64,000 bases of DNA from positions 352,001 through 416,000 of the forward strand of contig CAWHIJ010000003.1 in assembly GCA_963829525.1 (NCBI GenBank), read 5' to 3'. The notes under the pieces are model-generated. The model saw nothing but the letters and a program-made list of their open reading frames with translations. It was not told where the DNA came from and did no database searches. Both the position numbers and the translations under genes were made by a program. The DNA is from an uncultured Actinomycetota bacterium (GTDB lineage Bacteria > Actinomycetota > Actinomycetes > JAHEKZ01). Positions 29,332-39,216 of the stretch are shown in pieces. Numbering within the stretch: the stretch's first letter is position 1; each line of letters starts with the position of its first letter.

Positions 29332-30564
29332 GTGCGATCACGGTTCCGCGACACATCACTGCTCGCGAGTGCCTCGGTCCTCACGGGACTGCTGGCGTAC
29401 GCCTTTTTCGCACTCAGCACGCGCGCCCTGGGCGCAGAGGTGGCGGCGCCGGTGTCGGTGCTGTGGACCTACTGGAGCTTCGCATCCGCAGCTTTCACCT
29501 TTCCGCTCCAGCAATGGGTGGTGCGCTCGGTTGCTGCGCATGGAGGGGAGGGCGCTGTCCGCGCCGCCCTGCCGCGGGTTTCAGTGGTCGTACTGGCGGT
29601 CGCTGCGGTGTCCGGGGTCGGAGCTTGGTGGCTTCGGGAGGCTCTCTTCCGTTCCGACAGCCCATTGTTTCCGCTGCTTGTGGCGGTGGTGACCCTCGGC
29701 TCCGGTTTCATCGGCGTTGTTCGCGGAGGGTTGGCTGCACGACGTCGGTTCACAGCGCTGGCGGCGGCGCTGGTTGCGGAGAACGGTGTCCGAGTCGTCG
29801 CGGCCCTCGCCCTTCTCATCTCTGATGTCACCGATCCTGTTTCTTTTGGTCTTGTCCTTGCCTCTGGCGCCTGGGTGGGGTTGCTCTGGCCATCGGCTTT
29901 CAGGTTCGCCACGGGTACGGGTGACGGGGCGTCGGAGTCGGCGCTCGGGTTTCTCGGTGGAGCTTCGGGGGGTCAGCTGGCTGGACAGGCGGTGCTGACG
30001 GGCGGACCGGTGGTGCTGGCGCTCACCGGAGGGTCACCCGCCGATGTGACCATCCTGTTCGCGGCGTTGGCGCTGTTCCGCGCCCCCTACCAGGTGGCGC
30101 TGGTCGTCGTGGCACGAGTGACGGGAGGGTTGACCACTCGCTACGTCAGCGGCGATGTGGTTGCCATCCGGCGTTGGCGTCGAGGGCTGCTGACGGCCAC
30201 CCTGGTGGGAGTACCGGTGGGGGCTGCCCTGGGGGCTCTTCTGGGTCCCTCGCTGTTGCCCCTGATCTTTGGTGCTGGCGTCGAGCTATCAGCCGGCAGT
30301 TGCGCAGTGCTGGCGGCCGGTAGCACGGTGGCACTGACCAACCTGATGCTCACGGTGATGTTGATGGCACAAGGTCGTACATGGGCAGTGCTGCGTGGAT
30401 GGCTAGTAGGAATTGCGGCAGCTGCGCTTGTACTGACCCTGGTGGACTCAGCCGAGCTGACCGTTGTCAGCTGGGCATTTGTTGTGGCAGAGCTCGTCGC
30501 CTGTCTCGCGCTTGCCTCGAGCGAACTCCGCGGCGTCGCCGATAGCCTCGTGAAGCGGCGGTGA
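29332..30564 (+). CDS. Polysaccharide biosynthesis / flippase-like membrane protein
   Basis: About 12 TMs, MOP-like layout (TRALG early motif); next to the sugar-nucleotide genes. Confidence 0.6.
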   Translation: MRSRFRDTSLLASASVLTGLLAYAFFALSTRALGAEVAAPVSVLWTYWSFASAAFTFPLQQWVVRSVAAHGGEGAVRAALPRVSVVVLAVAAVSGVGAWWLREALFRSDSPLFPLLVAVVTLGSGFIGVVRGGLAARRRFTALAAALVAENGVRVVAALALLISDVTDPVSFGLVLASGAWVGLLWPSAFRFATGTGDGASESALGFLGGASGGQLAGQAVLTGGPVVLALTGGSPADVTILFAALALFRAPYQVALVVVARVTGGLTTRYVSGDVVAIRRWRRGLLTATLVGVPVGAALGALLGPSLLPLIFGAGVELSAGSCAVLAAGSTVALTNLMLTVMLMAQGRTWAVLRGWLVGIAAAALVLTLVDSAELTVVSWAFVVAELVACLALASSELRGVADSLVKRR

Positions 30565-30623
30565 TCGGGCACGGTGAGCGCCCATGGCAGCGTAGAGGCA
30601 CGTCGATGAAGGGAGTCAGCAAA

Positions 30624-31700
30624 ATGAAGATTGCGGTGTTGGGGGCCGGCGGCGGGGGGCTAGCGGTCGCCTACGAGTGGGCGAATCAGGGGCACGAGGT
30701 CGCGCTGTACGCGCAACACGCCCACGAGCACCACCTGAAGCCGGTCCGCGAGCGCGGCGGGATCCAAGCCGAAGGCATGCTTGAGGGGTTCGTTGCACTG
30801 GCGAAGGTCACCACCGACATCGCCGAAGCGCTGGACGGTGTGGACGTGGTCTTCGTCGTCGGGCCCGCCTATGCCACGGAGCCGTTCGGCCGTGACACTC
30901 GGGGGCACCTGCGCCCCGGGATGACCGTAGTGGTCTGCCCCAGCTCGTGCGTTGGCAGTCTGGCCTTCAAGCACGCCGCGGGGTTGGACCTCCATGACGA
31001 GAGCGTCGTTGTGGGCGAGACCAGCACGCTGCCGTATGCCGCACGCGCATCGATGCACGCCAGTGTGCAGATTTTCCACCGGTTTGACACCGGCTTCTCG
31101 GCTGCGGCCGCCCCGCGCAGCAACACACCTCGCCTGCTCGAGGTCCTGCGGCAGGTGTACCACAACACCGAAGAGGCCGCCGGGATCTTCCAGACCACGC
31201 TGCAGAACGGTAACCCGGTCATCCATCCGGCCGTCACCTTGCTCAACGCCGCCCTCATCGAACGCACGGGTGGTGACTTCATGTTCTATGAGGAAGGGGT
31301 TACTGAGGCTGTCGGTCGCCTGATGAAGGCGGTCGACAGCGAGCGGCTATCCGTCGCCAGCGCCCTGGGCGTGCAAATACTCACCGAGCCAGATCTAGGG
31401 GTTCGACAGGGTTACATGAGCGAGTCCAACTACTCCACCGGCTACTCCACCGCACCAGGTTTTCGTGGCATCAAGGCGCAGGACGAGCTCCACCACCGCT
31501 ACCTGACCGAGGACGTGGGCTATTCAATGATGTTCCTCACCGACCTGGCTCGGCAGCTGTCGGTGCCAACCCCCACCATGGATGCTGTCATCCGCATCGC
31601 CTCAATCGTCGCGGGCGAAGACTTCGCCACCAAGCGCGCCCGCACGATGGACAAGATGGGCCTGTCCGGTCTGACGCGAGACGAGCTCGCGGCGTACTGA
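30624..31700 (+). CDS. NAD/NADP octopine/nopaline dehydrogenase family protein
   Basis: KIAVLGAG.GG, ETSTLPY..R, N.NPVIHP, FYEEG, HRYLTEDVGY. Confidence 0.88.
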   Translation: MKIAVLGAGGGGLAVAYEWANQGHEVALYAQHAHEHHLKPVRERGGIQAEGMLEGFVALAKVTTDIAEALDGVDVVFVVGPAYATEPFGRDTRGHLRPGMTVVVCPSSCVGSLAFKHAAGLDLHDESVVVGETSTLPYAARASMHASVQIFHRFDTGFSAAAAPRSNTPRLLEVLRQVYHNTEEAAGIFQTTLQNGNPVIHPAVTLLNAALIERTGGDFMFYEEGVTEAVGRLMKAVDSERLSVASALGVQILTEPDLGVRQGYMSESNYSTGYSTAPGFRGIKAQDELHHRYLTEDVGYSMMFLTDLARQLSVPTPTMDAVIRIASIVAGEDFATKRARTMDKMGLSGLTRDELAAY

Positions 31701-31721
31701 CCGGAAGTTCGGTCCACTTGA

Positions 31722-31782
31722 CACACCAGAGCTCAGACCACGAATCAGAAGAGAAGGGAGCCTCCAGACTCGACTACTCCGG
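31722..31782 (+). repeat. Highly degenerate tRNA-Arg 3' fragment copy R5 with conserved upstream flank
   Basis: cacacca-N5-cagaccacgaatcagaag..gggag..tcgactactccgg versus R1 cacacca-N5-cagactacggatcaggag. Confidence 0.55.
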
Positions 31783-31917
31783 ACCGGCGGTGGTGCGACC
31801 GGGTCCAAAGACTCTTAAGTGGTAGTCACGAGTCGCCGTAGCGTTGTGGGGTCACCTCACGTGGCGCCGCCCTACTGGGGTGCCATGTCTCCCTGAACAT
31901 CACAAGGGGTCGACCCG

Positions 31918-32880
31918 ATGCACTCATCTGGCAAGGCTGGGAAGCGGATAGCCACACTCGGTGCGGTACTTGGTATGTCGACCGCACTGGTGATCGTGAG
32001 TGCCCCGGCAGGGCAGACAGCAGGGTCGTGTCAGGCCAAGGATCTGACCTCCGGTGCGACAGCAGGTGCGGACCTACAAAGCGTCATCGATGCCGCGAAA
32101 TCTGGTGACACGGTCCAGGTCGCAGGTATCTGTTACGGGGGCTTCACGATCGGCAAGGACCTAAAGGTGGTCGGCATATCAACTTCCTCGACGGCTAATG
32201 CGACGCTGGACGGCAGTGGTGTAACCAGGGTGCTTTGGCTCGGGGGGACGAGTCTGCCGACCGTCGTTCTGCGGGATCTCACACTCACAAATGGCCAGGC
32301 CTCTTGCGGCGGTGGAATCCGAAATGCAGGTGGCACCGTCAAACTGACTGGCACGACTTCGGTGTCAGGAAACACTGCCGGTGATGGGGGCGGGATTTGC
32401 AACGAGAAGGGTGCCGTCACTTTGCGTGGCTCGTCTTCGGTTCATGACAACGCAGCCACGTACTTCGGTGGCGGAATCGAGAGCAGTGGAGGCGAGGTCA
32501 CATTGCGGGACTCGTCTTCGATTTCGGGTAACACTGCGACGTACTTCGGTGGCGGAATTGATGCGAGTCGCGTAACAGTCAGGATGAATGATCGATCATC
32601 CGTATCGGACAATGGCGCTCGGTTCGGCGGAGGAGTCTACGCCTACCGTGGTGCGGTCACGTTGAATAACAAGGCTTCGGTATCCGCAAACAGGTCGAAA
32701 CAGAGCGGCGGCGGAATCTATAGCAACCACAGCACAGTCACATTAAGGGCTTCGTCATCAATCACTAGAAATAGCGCCGACCGCCGCGGCGGCGGCATCT
32801 TCAACTCCCGAGGTATCGTCCGGGTAAGGGACTCGGCTGTCGTCGTCAGGAATGCCCCAGATAATTGCGTGCACTGCTAG
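31918..32880 (+). CDS. Secreted beta-helix protein with GGGI repeats (Pmp/pectin-lyase-like)
   Basis: Signal peptide, LQSVIDAA.SGDT, six N.A..GGG(I/V) repeats; visibly AT-richer than its flanks. Confidence 0.75.
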   Translation: MHSSGKAGKRIATLGAVLGMSTALVIVSAPAGQTAGSCQAKDLTSGATAGADLQSVIDAAKSGDTVQVAGICYGGFTIGKDLKVVGISTSSTANATLDGSGVTRVLWLGGTSLPTVVLRDLTLTNGQASCGGGIRNAGGTVKLTGTTSVSGNTAGDGGGICNEKGAVTLRGSSSVHDNAATYFGGGIESSGGEVTLRDSSSISGNTATYFGGGIDASRVTVRMNDRSSVSDNGARFGGGVYAYRGAVTLNNKASVSANRSKQSGGGIYSNHSTVTLRASSSITRNSADRRGGGIFNSRGIVRVRDSAVVVRNAPDNCVHC

Positions 32881-32913
32881 GCCCTGCCGACACCGGTGTG
32901 CTGAACGGCGGGA

Positions 32914-32949
32914 GTTGGGGGCCAGCACCAAGATGGTGAGGCCCCCAAC
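32914..32949. terminator. Hairpin between convergent genes
   Basis: GTTGGGGGCC/GGCCCCCAAC 10-bp stem with inner acca/tggt. Confidence 0.55.
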
Positions 32950-32962
32950 GACTTACCCGAGC

Positions 32963-33349
32963 TCAGGAGGCGAGTGCCTTCGCCTTGATCTGATCGAACT
33001 CCGCCTGGGTGATCGCCCCGCTGTCGAGAAGCCCCTTGGCCGATGTGATCTGGTCGCTGGCATTCCCCGATCCGGCGACGGACTGAATGTATGCGGTCTG
33101 TGCCTGCTGCATCTCTTTCGCCTGTTCCATCTGACGCTCTTGCATGCCATGCCCGCGGGCTAGGAGGTAGGCCAGGATGCCGAGCCACGGAATGAAAATC
33201 ACGAACAGCACCCAGAGGGTCTTTGCTCCGCCGCCTAGGTCCTTGCTGCGAAAGATGTCACCAAGAACCCAGAACAGGCACATGAACCAGGCGAAGAACA
33301 GGAAGAACTCGAACAGTGCGAGTAGGAATGAACCATTGTCGTCAAACAT
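32963..33349 (-). CDS. PLDc_N + SHOCT domain membrane protein
   Basis: D.FR.KDL.GGAK.LW and LLDSGAITQAEFDQIKAKALA; ATG 33349 with GAAAGG RBS. Confidence 0.85.
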   Translation of the reverse strand: MFDDNGSFLLALFEFFLFFAWFMCLFWVLGDIFRSKDLGGGAKTLWVLFVIFIPWLGILAYLLARGHGMQERQMEQAKEMQQAQTAYIQSVAGSGNASDQITSAKGLLDSGAITQAEFDQIKAKALAS

Positions 33350-33472
33350 TCGGTGGCCTTTCGATGGGGTCGTTTCCGGCGTCCTAAGCGGATCGCGACG
33401 CATCTTGCCACAACGAGGGAACTGCGGCTTGAGGTGCGGTCAGGATGCCTGCCTCAATCACGCCCGCCCTAG

Positions 33473-34252
33473 TCAGCCGAGTTGTAGCTCGTCGCCCACC
33501 GAAATCTTCCCAGCGGTAACGACGTCGGCGTAGACGCCGAGGTTCAGCCCTTCCCCGAAGTCGTTCGGGGTCTGCCCTCGGTGCTCCTCGATGAGGCGCA
33601 GGGTCTTCACATCCCTGACGCCTGAGTCCGGGTCACGCGTCGTCGCATTGCACCGTGGCACCGGTCCGTGCACCCGAAGCTCGGTAGCGCCGATCCGCAG
33701 TGGGCGTCCCTTCCAGGTGTCCTCCGCGTACGCCTCGACTCCACTGAATCCGATCAACATGCGAAAGCGGCGTACGTCCAAGGTTCCATCGGGAGCGTGC
33801 TGACCGAGCTCCGCAACCGACTCGTCTGCGAGGAGCGTCACCGGGTGCTCGTCGAAGGCCGCTCCGGACGTCGCGGCTCGGACCAAGGTGAGTGGACGTT
33901 CTGCAGCTTCTGACAACCACTGGCTCCACGGCCCCTCAACCACGTGACCGGCCACCTCACGATCGTCGTAGAACTGCCCGACGACCGCCTGCCCGAGCGG
34001 GGTCAGAGCCTCCAGGGTCTGCCCGTCCGCGGACAGAAGCGTCAGGGTGTCGGTGTCACGGTCGAAGTCGGCGCGCCACGACGCGAAAGTGCCGATTCTC
34101 GTGATGGAGACCAAGGAGTGCTGATCATCGATCATAAAGAAATCGCGGTCACCGACCGCCCCGTTGCTGTCAAGGTCGACGCTGTCGACCGAGTGGAGGG
34201 CGAATCCCTTGACCGGCGTCGTGAACAACGTCGTTACTTGTGGCTTAGACAC
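33473..34252 (-). CDS. MOSC domain protein
   Basis: PVKG, GDR, RRFR, EDTW, PRC..TT.DP.SG, LGVYADV..G.I.VGD. Confidence 0.88.
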   Translation of the reverse strand: MSKPQVTTLFTTPVKGFALHSVDSVDLDSNGAVGDRDFFMIDDQHSLVSITRIGTFASWRADFDRDTDTLTLLSADGQTLEALTPLGQAVVGQFYDDREVAGHVVEGPWSQWLSEAAERPLTLVRAATSGAAFDEHPVTLLADESVAELGQHAPDGTLDVRRFRMLIGFSGVEAYAEDTWKGRPLRIGATELRVHGPVPRCNATTRDPDSGVRDVKTLRLIEEHRGQTPNDFGEGLNLGVYADVVTAGKISVGDELQLG

Positions 34253-34299
34253 CTCAGCAGCGTGCCATATCCATCACCGGCCCGAGAAGGGACCGGGCC

Positions 34300-35103
34300 T
34301 TACGTCGACTGCCCGCCGAAGGTGAACTCGGTCGACGTCAGCTCCACGGCCAGTCCGCCTCCGTCAGCGACCAATGTCGTGCCAGTCACATAGCGAGCCT
34401 CATCCGAGGCGAGGAACAGGCAACAGGCGGCCATCTCCTCAGGCGTTCCCGGGCGGCGCAGCGGAACGTCCGCCGTAGCTCGCTCGTACGCCTCCTGTCG
34501 AGTGATGTTCCTCTCGGCGCCCAACGCATCCATCGACCTGTCGCCCATCGGTGTCTGGACCCACCCGGGGAGCAGGGTGTTGGCTCGAATGCCCTTGCTC
34601 CCATAGTCAACGGTGATTGCCCGAGCGAGCGCGATGAGACCAGATTTTGAGACGTCGTACGCGGCAGAGGCAGGGGCTGCGGCGATTCCGGCGGTGCTCG
34701 ACACCAACACGATGGACCCGCCGCCCCGGGAAAGCATGACTGGAAGTACGGCGCGGGACATCATCATGGGGCCGCTGAGGTTGGTGTCGAGAGTGTTCTG
34801 CCAGTCCTCGTCAGTGACGTTGCCAACGGTGCCACCTGGCGCAATGCCGGCACTGGTCACCAGGACGTCGACCCCGCCGAAGTGGGAGGCGGCAGCGGCA
34901 ACCGCTTCCTGCACGTGGCTCAAGTCGCCGGTGTCTCCAGGAACGGCGAGGCCACCAACCTCTGTGGCAACTGCCTCTAGCAGTTCTGGACGGCGCCCCG
35001 TCACCACGATCTTGGCTCCCTCGGCTGCGAACCGACGTGCCGTCGCCGCGCCGATGCCCGAGCCCCCGCCGGTAATGAGAGCCACCTTGTTGTCCAGCCG
35101 CAT
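34300..35103 (-). CDS. SDR family oxidoreductase
   Basis: TGGGSGIG, YDVSK, PGWVQT. Confidence 0.92.
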   Translation of the reverse strand: MRLDNKVALITGGGSGIGAATARRFAAEGAKIVVTGRRPELLEAVATEVGGLAVPGDTGDLSHVQEAVAAAASHFGGVDVLVTSAGIAPGGTVGNVTDEDWQNTLDTNLSGPMMMSRAVLPVMLSRGGGSIVLVSSTAGIAAAPASAAYDVSKSGLIALARAITVDYGSKGIRANTLLPGWVQTPMGDRSMDALGAERNITRQEAYERATADVPLRRPGTPEEMAACCLFLASDEARYVTGTTLVADGGGLAVELTSTEFTFGGQST

Positions 35104-35289
35104 GAGCACTCCTCTTGGTGTCTACTGCTTGGTGTCTACTGCGCGATCGGTCTGTGCCTTGGTACGTCCTCCGGAACGGTACGCCGGACCGGGCGCCGTA
35201 GCGCGTTCGCCGCCGCTAGGCCGAGGTCGCGAGCGCTCGTAAGTGACATCACCGGTGCGAGCAAGGACACTTTGCGGATGGCGATCAAT

Positions 35290-35964
35290 ATGCGGGTCAT
35301 CGATCTGACGCGGCCGCTGGACGAGATGTCGTTTCTCTGGCCAGGCATCTCTCCGATCGTTGTCGAGTCGACGGAGACCATCGAGCGGGACGGATCCTTC
35401 TCGCGGCGGGTATCGCTCGACGAGCACAGTGGCACACACTTCGATGCCCCGAGTCACTTCAGCGAAGGCGCCGCTCACGTTGCTGACGTTCCGGCGGGTC
35501 AGCTGGTTCGACCGCTCCATGTCGTCGACTTCACCGTTCAGGCAAGTGCCGACCCAGATGCTGAACTGACCCCGAGCGACCTCAAGGAACACGAGTCAGC
35601 CCACGGATCGATTGACGCAGGATCTGTCGTCTTCTTGCGTACCGACTGGCCTGCGGTCTCGGGGTCTGAGTCGCTCCGATTTCCGGGGTTCAGTGTCGAG
35701 GCCGCGAATCTTCTGGTGGCGCGCGGGGTGGTCGGTCTCGGTACCGACACCTTGGGAATCGACCCCGGACACGCCACCGGATTCCCGGTGCACCGAGATG
35801 TCACGTTGCCCAGAGGCGTCTGGCACGTCGAGAACCTGACGAACCTTGGCGCGGTCCCATCGTCTGGCGCCTGGGCTGTGGTGGGTGTGCCGCGAGTAGC
35901 TGGGGCGTCTGGGTTCCCGGCCCGAGTGCTGGCGGTCGTCGTCACGGTTCGGGGAGCACAGTGA
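35290..35964 (+). CDS. Cyclase / kynurenine formamidase family metal hydrolase
   Basis: EHSGTHFDAPSHF, FPGF, GTDTLGID, ENL, PARV. Confidence 0.88.
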   Translation: MRVIDLTRPLDEMSFLWPGISPIVVESTETIERDGSFSRRVSLDEHSGTHFDAPSHFSEGAAHVADVPAGQLVRPLHVVDFTVQASADPDAELTPSDLKEHESAHGSIDAGSVVFLRTDWPAVSGSESLRFPGFSVEAANLLVARGVVGLGTDTLGIDPGHATGFPVHRDVTLPRGVWHVENLTNLGAVPSSGAWAVVGVPRVAGASGFPARVLAVVVTVRGAQ

Positions 35965-36376
35965 CGAGGGCAGCCTGAGCGCAATCGCCATCCTGGGCCC
36001 CGGTGCCGCCGCTGATGCCAAGCGCACCGGCGAGGACTCCGTCAGCAAAGATCGGAAGTCCACCAGCGTAGACAACGATGCGACCGCCCTCGGTTGATGT
36101 CAGTCCCCAGTCGCCACCACCTGGTTGTGACGACTGGTTCAAGTCACCGGAGGGCATCTGCCACAGGGCAGATGTGTAGGCCTTGTCTCTGGCGAGGCGC
36201 ATGGCTCCCAGTGGGGCGTCATCCATCCTGGCCGACGCGACCAGATTGCCAGCAGCGTCAGTGACCGCGACCGCCACGGGCAAACGCGCGGCTTCGCCAT
36301 AGGCCACTGCGGCTTGGACCAGTCGGAGTGCCGTCGCCAGGGTGATCTGGGGACGGTCTGTAAACGCATCGGACAT
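35942..36376 (-). CDS. GlcG/HbpS heme-binding family protein
   Basis: VAVTD..G, RMDDA, KAYTS, GGLPI..G.LG.SGG..QD. Confidence 0.9.
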   Translation of the reverse strand: MSDAFTDRPQITLATALRLVQAAVAYGEAARLPVAVAVTDAAGNLVASARMDDAPLGAMRLARDKAYTSALWQMPSGDLNQSSQPGGGDWGLTSTEGGRIVVYAGGLPIFADGVLAGALGISGGTGAQDGDCAQAALVTVLPEP

Positions 36377-36490
36377 GAGAACCTCCCAATCCAGACCCGT
36401 AGGCTCTGCCTAAGCGCACCGACTGACCCGGGCGGCCCAGTGGTCGTGTGTCGAAACCAACGCCCCTGAAGGGACAATGAGGATCTGCGA

Positions 36491-38017
36491 ATGGAATCGT
36501 TGACCATTGCGGGATACGCGAGCGAGCTTAGCTATTTCGCCGGCGAGTCTATAGCTCTGTGTTGCTCCACAAATGCACGTCAATTCTCAGTTGAGATTGC
36601 CCGGGTTGGCGGTACCCGAGAGATCGTCTGGAGCGACAACGCAGTCGAAGGCGTACTCCATCCGACGCCGGAGACCGCCTCCGAGGTCGGCTGTGGCTGG
36701 CCGGCATCGGTTGAGCTGACGGTTCCCGACCACTGGCGATCCGGGTACTACGAGGTCGTACTCCGCGCTGTCGATGAAGAAACAGGGCGGAGTGAAGAGT
36801 CGCTAGCTTTCTTCGTGATTCGACATTCGGGATCGACTCATCAGAAGGCACCGATCTTGCTGGTTCTGTCGACGAACACCTACAACGCTTACAACGACTG
36901 GGGCGGACCGAGCCTCTACACCGGTGCCGTGCGGGCGTCGTTCCAGCGGCCGATGGCTCGTGGTTTCCTGCGCAAGCCCGAGCCGTACTTGCGGTATCCA
37001 AACCTCGACGACGTCAACGACCCCGAGCACGAGCGCTTTCGCGCCTGGGCTGATTTGCATGGCCTGGCACGTTGGTCGGGATCTTCTGGCTGGTACCAGT
37101 GGGAACGACTGTTCATGCAGTGGGCCGAACGAGCTGGTTACGCCATCGATGTTGCGGTGAACGCCGATCTCGAGCAGCATCCGGAGATCGTCGATGGGTA
37201 CTCGATGCTCGTAAGCGTCGGACATGACGAGTACTGGTCGTGGGGGATGCGCGACACCGCCGAGGCATTCGTCGAGCGTGGTGGGAACATCGCCTTCCTG
37301 TCAGGCAATTCGGTGTGCTGGCAAGTCAGGTTCGAGGATGACGGACGCACCATGGTGTCGTACAAGGGTGACCCAGAGGCGGATCCGCTCTTCGGAACAG
37401 ACCAACAGCATCTGGTTTCAACGCTCTGGTGCTCGCAGATCGTCGGACGTCCGGAGAACCGCCTGACCGGATTGAGCTTCTCGCGGGGCGGCTACGTCCG
37501 GATGGGAAACGCGGTTCCCAAGGCATCGGGTGGATATACCGCGTGGCGTCCGGACCACTGGGTCTTCTCGGGGACGGGCGTGCACTATGGGGACCTGTTC
37601 GGCACGAAGGACTCGATCGTGGTCTATGAGGTCGACGGCTGTGAGTTCACCCATGCGGAAGAGGACGGGCTGCCGGTCCCGACGGGCCGTGATGGCACCC
37701 CTCGGGACTTCACGATCTTGGCTACCGCACCAGCCCGGCTCTGGGCCTTTGACGAGCTACCATCACGCTACCGCTCAAGTGAGAGTGGCGACCTGGAGGA
37801 GACCGCGGCGGCGGTTTTTGGCGAGGCAACCCCCAAAAACATCGCGCGGTTGGCCCACAACCATGCAGTGATGGGTCTCTATACAAGAGGAGGGACGGTG
37901 TTCAACTCAGGTACTACCGACTGGGCCTACGGACTCGCTGGGCATGACCCCGTGGTCACCCAGATCACTCGCAATTTGCTTGACACCCTTTCGCGCAGTG
38001 AGGCGCGCCATGAGTGA
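36491..38017 (+). CDS. N,N-dimethylformamidase large-subunit-like protein
   Basis: WRSGYY, TYNAYN.WGG.SLY, GHDEYWS, FLSGN..W.VR, YEVDG, VFN.GT..W. Confidence 0.8.
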   Translation: MESLTIAGYASELSYFAGESIALCCSTNARQFSVEIARVGGTREIVWSDNAVEGVLHPTPETASEVGCGWPASVELTVPDHWRSGYYEVVLRAVDEETGRSEESLAFFVIRHSGSTHQKAPILLVLSTNTYNAYNDWGGPSLYTGAVRASFQRPMARGFLRKPEPYLRYPNLDDVNDPEHERFRAWADLHGLARWSGSSGWYQWERLFMQWAERAGYAIDVAVNADLEQHPEIVDGYSMLVSVGHDEYWSWGMRDTAEAFVERGGNIAFLSGNSVCWQVRFEDDGRTMVSYKGDPEADPLFGTDQQHLVSTLWCSQIVGRPENRLTGLSFSRGGYVRMGNAVPKASGGYTAWRPDHWVFSGTGVHYGDLFGTKDSIVVYEVDGCEFTHAEEDGLPVPTGRDGTPRDFTILATAPARLWAFDELPSRYRSSESGDLEETAAAVFGEATPKNIARLAHNHAVMGLYTRGGTVFNSGTTDWAYGLAGHDPVVTQITRNLLDTLSRSEARHE

Positions 38018-39110
38018 GGTGGGACTGCTTCCGGTACTGCGCGTGCACGGATCACACCGCGAGGCGGGACAGCAGATTGGCGAGTCCTGCGCCACGGCTG
38101 TTCGAGCCGCCATCGACTTTGGTCCGGATTCGGTGCCCCGTGATGGCCGGACCCTGGCTGAACAGTTGGCGCTGGCAGCTGAGTACCGGGAGTTCACCGC
38201 GCAGCGATTGCCGTACTTGGTCGAAGAGCTCGACGGCGTCGCTGAAGCGGCCGGAGTTGACCCAGTTCACGTCTTCGCCGCATCCATTGAAGAGATATGG
38301 TCGTCCGATGATGACAGCTCCGACGCTGGCGGCGGTTCTGTTTTCGGCACCGAACGTGGCCGTTGCAGCGACCTGGTAGCTGGGCCACCCGCTACAGCGA
38401 ACGGTGCGCTGCTTGTCGCCCACAACAACGATCTCGATGCGAAGGTCGAACCTGGTCTAACCGGCATCGAGTGGAACATCGATGACGAACCACGGATGTT
38501 TACCATCGGCATAGGCCCCTGGATCAGCGTGGGATGGAATGCAGCAGGAATTGTTCTGAGCGGAAACGAGCTTGCGCCCAACGACAACCGCCTTGGCATT
38601 CCACGTCTGCTTCTCGTGCGTGAGCAACTGCGCCAATCCACGATCGCCGGGGCTACCGCCGCAGCGCTGCACCCCGACCGGGCCTCCGCGTACAACACCA
38701 TCTTCGCTGATCGTGATGGCGAGGTCGTCAACATCGAGGGTTCGGCCACCGATTCGACCACCATGACTCTCAATAGTGCAGGCACGTTCGTGCACACAAA
38801 CCACTATGTGTGTGACCCGATGCTCGGTTACGAGGCTGATCACGCCTACGCGGCGCATTCGGCAGTCCGACTGCGGCGAGGCGTCGAGCTGCTTGGTCGG
38901 GCGGCGACCACCCAGGGTTCGATCACGCAGGAAGTGTTGATCGAAATGCTGAGTGACCACGAGAACGCTCCGGACTCTCTGTGCCGTCATCCAGTCACGG
39001 GCAACAGCACCAAGACGGTGTTTTGGTGCGTAACAGACGTCAAGTCGTCCGAAATCACTTTTGGTCGCGGTAATCCGTGCAACTCAATACCGCAGGTCTT
39101 CAAGTTCTGA
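38010..39110 (+). CDS. C45 family autoproteolytic acyltransferase/hydrolase
   Basis: CSD nucleophile site, AHNND, GWN..G, HTNHY. Confidence 0.85.
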   Translation: MSEVGLLPVLRVHGSHREAGQQIGESCATAVRAAIDFGPDSVPRDGRTLAEQLALAAEYREFTAQRLPYLVEELDGVAEAAGVDPVHVFAASIEEIWSSDDDSSDAGGGSVFGTERGRCSDLVAGPPATANGALLVAHNNDLDAKVEPGLTGIEWNIDDEPRMFTIGIGPWISVGWNAAGIVLSGNELAPNDNRLGIPRLLLVREQLRQSTIAGATAAALHPDRASAYNTIFADRDGEVVNIEGSATDSTTMTLNSAGTFVHTNHYVCDPMLGYEADHAYAAHSAVRLRRGVELLGRAATTQGSITQEVLIEMLSDHENAPDSLCRHPVTGNSTKTVFWCVTDVKSSEITFGRGNPCNSIPQVFKF

Positions 39111-39216
39111 GGCGTCCAGTCAGGTTCTGCGCAACGCCACACTGGGCGGCGTGTGGCACTCACACGGCAGGCCAGAGTGCCGATAGGCTGCCGAGGTCGC
39201 TTCTGAGGAGGACGAG

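Noticed and set aside
32888-32920. Possible sixth att remnant (cgacaccggtg...gggagttgggg resembling the R2/R4 flanks)
   Set aside because: Match is short and overlaps a terminator-like hairpin; cannot be distinguished from chance by eye
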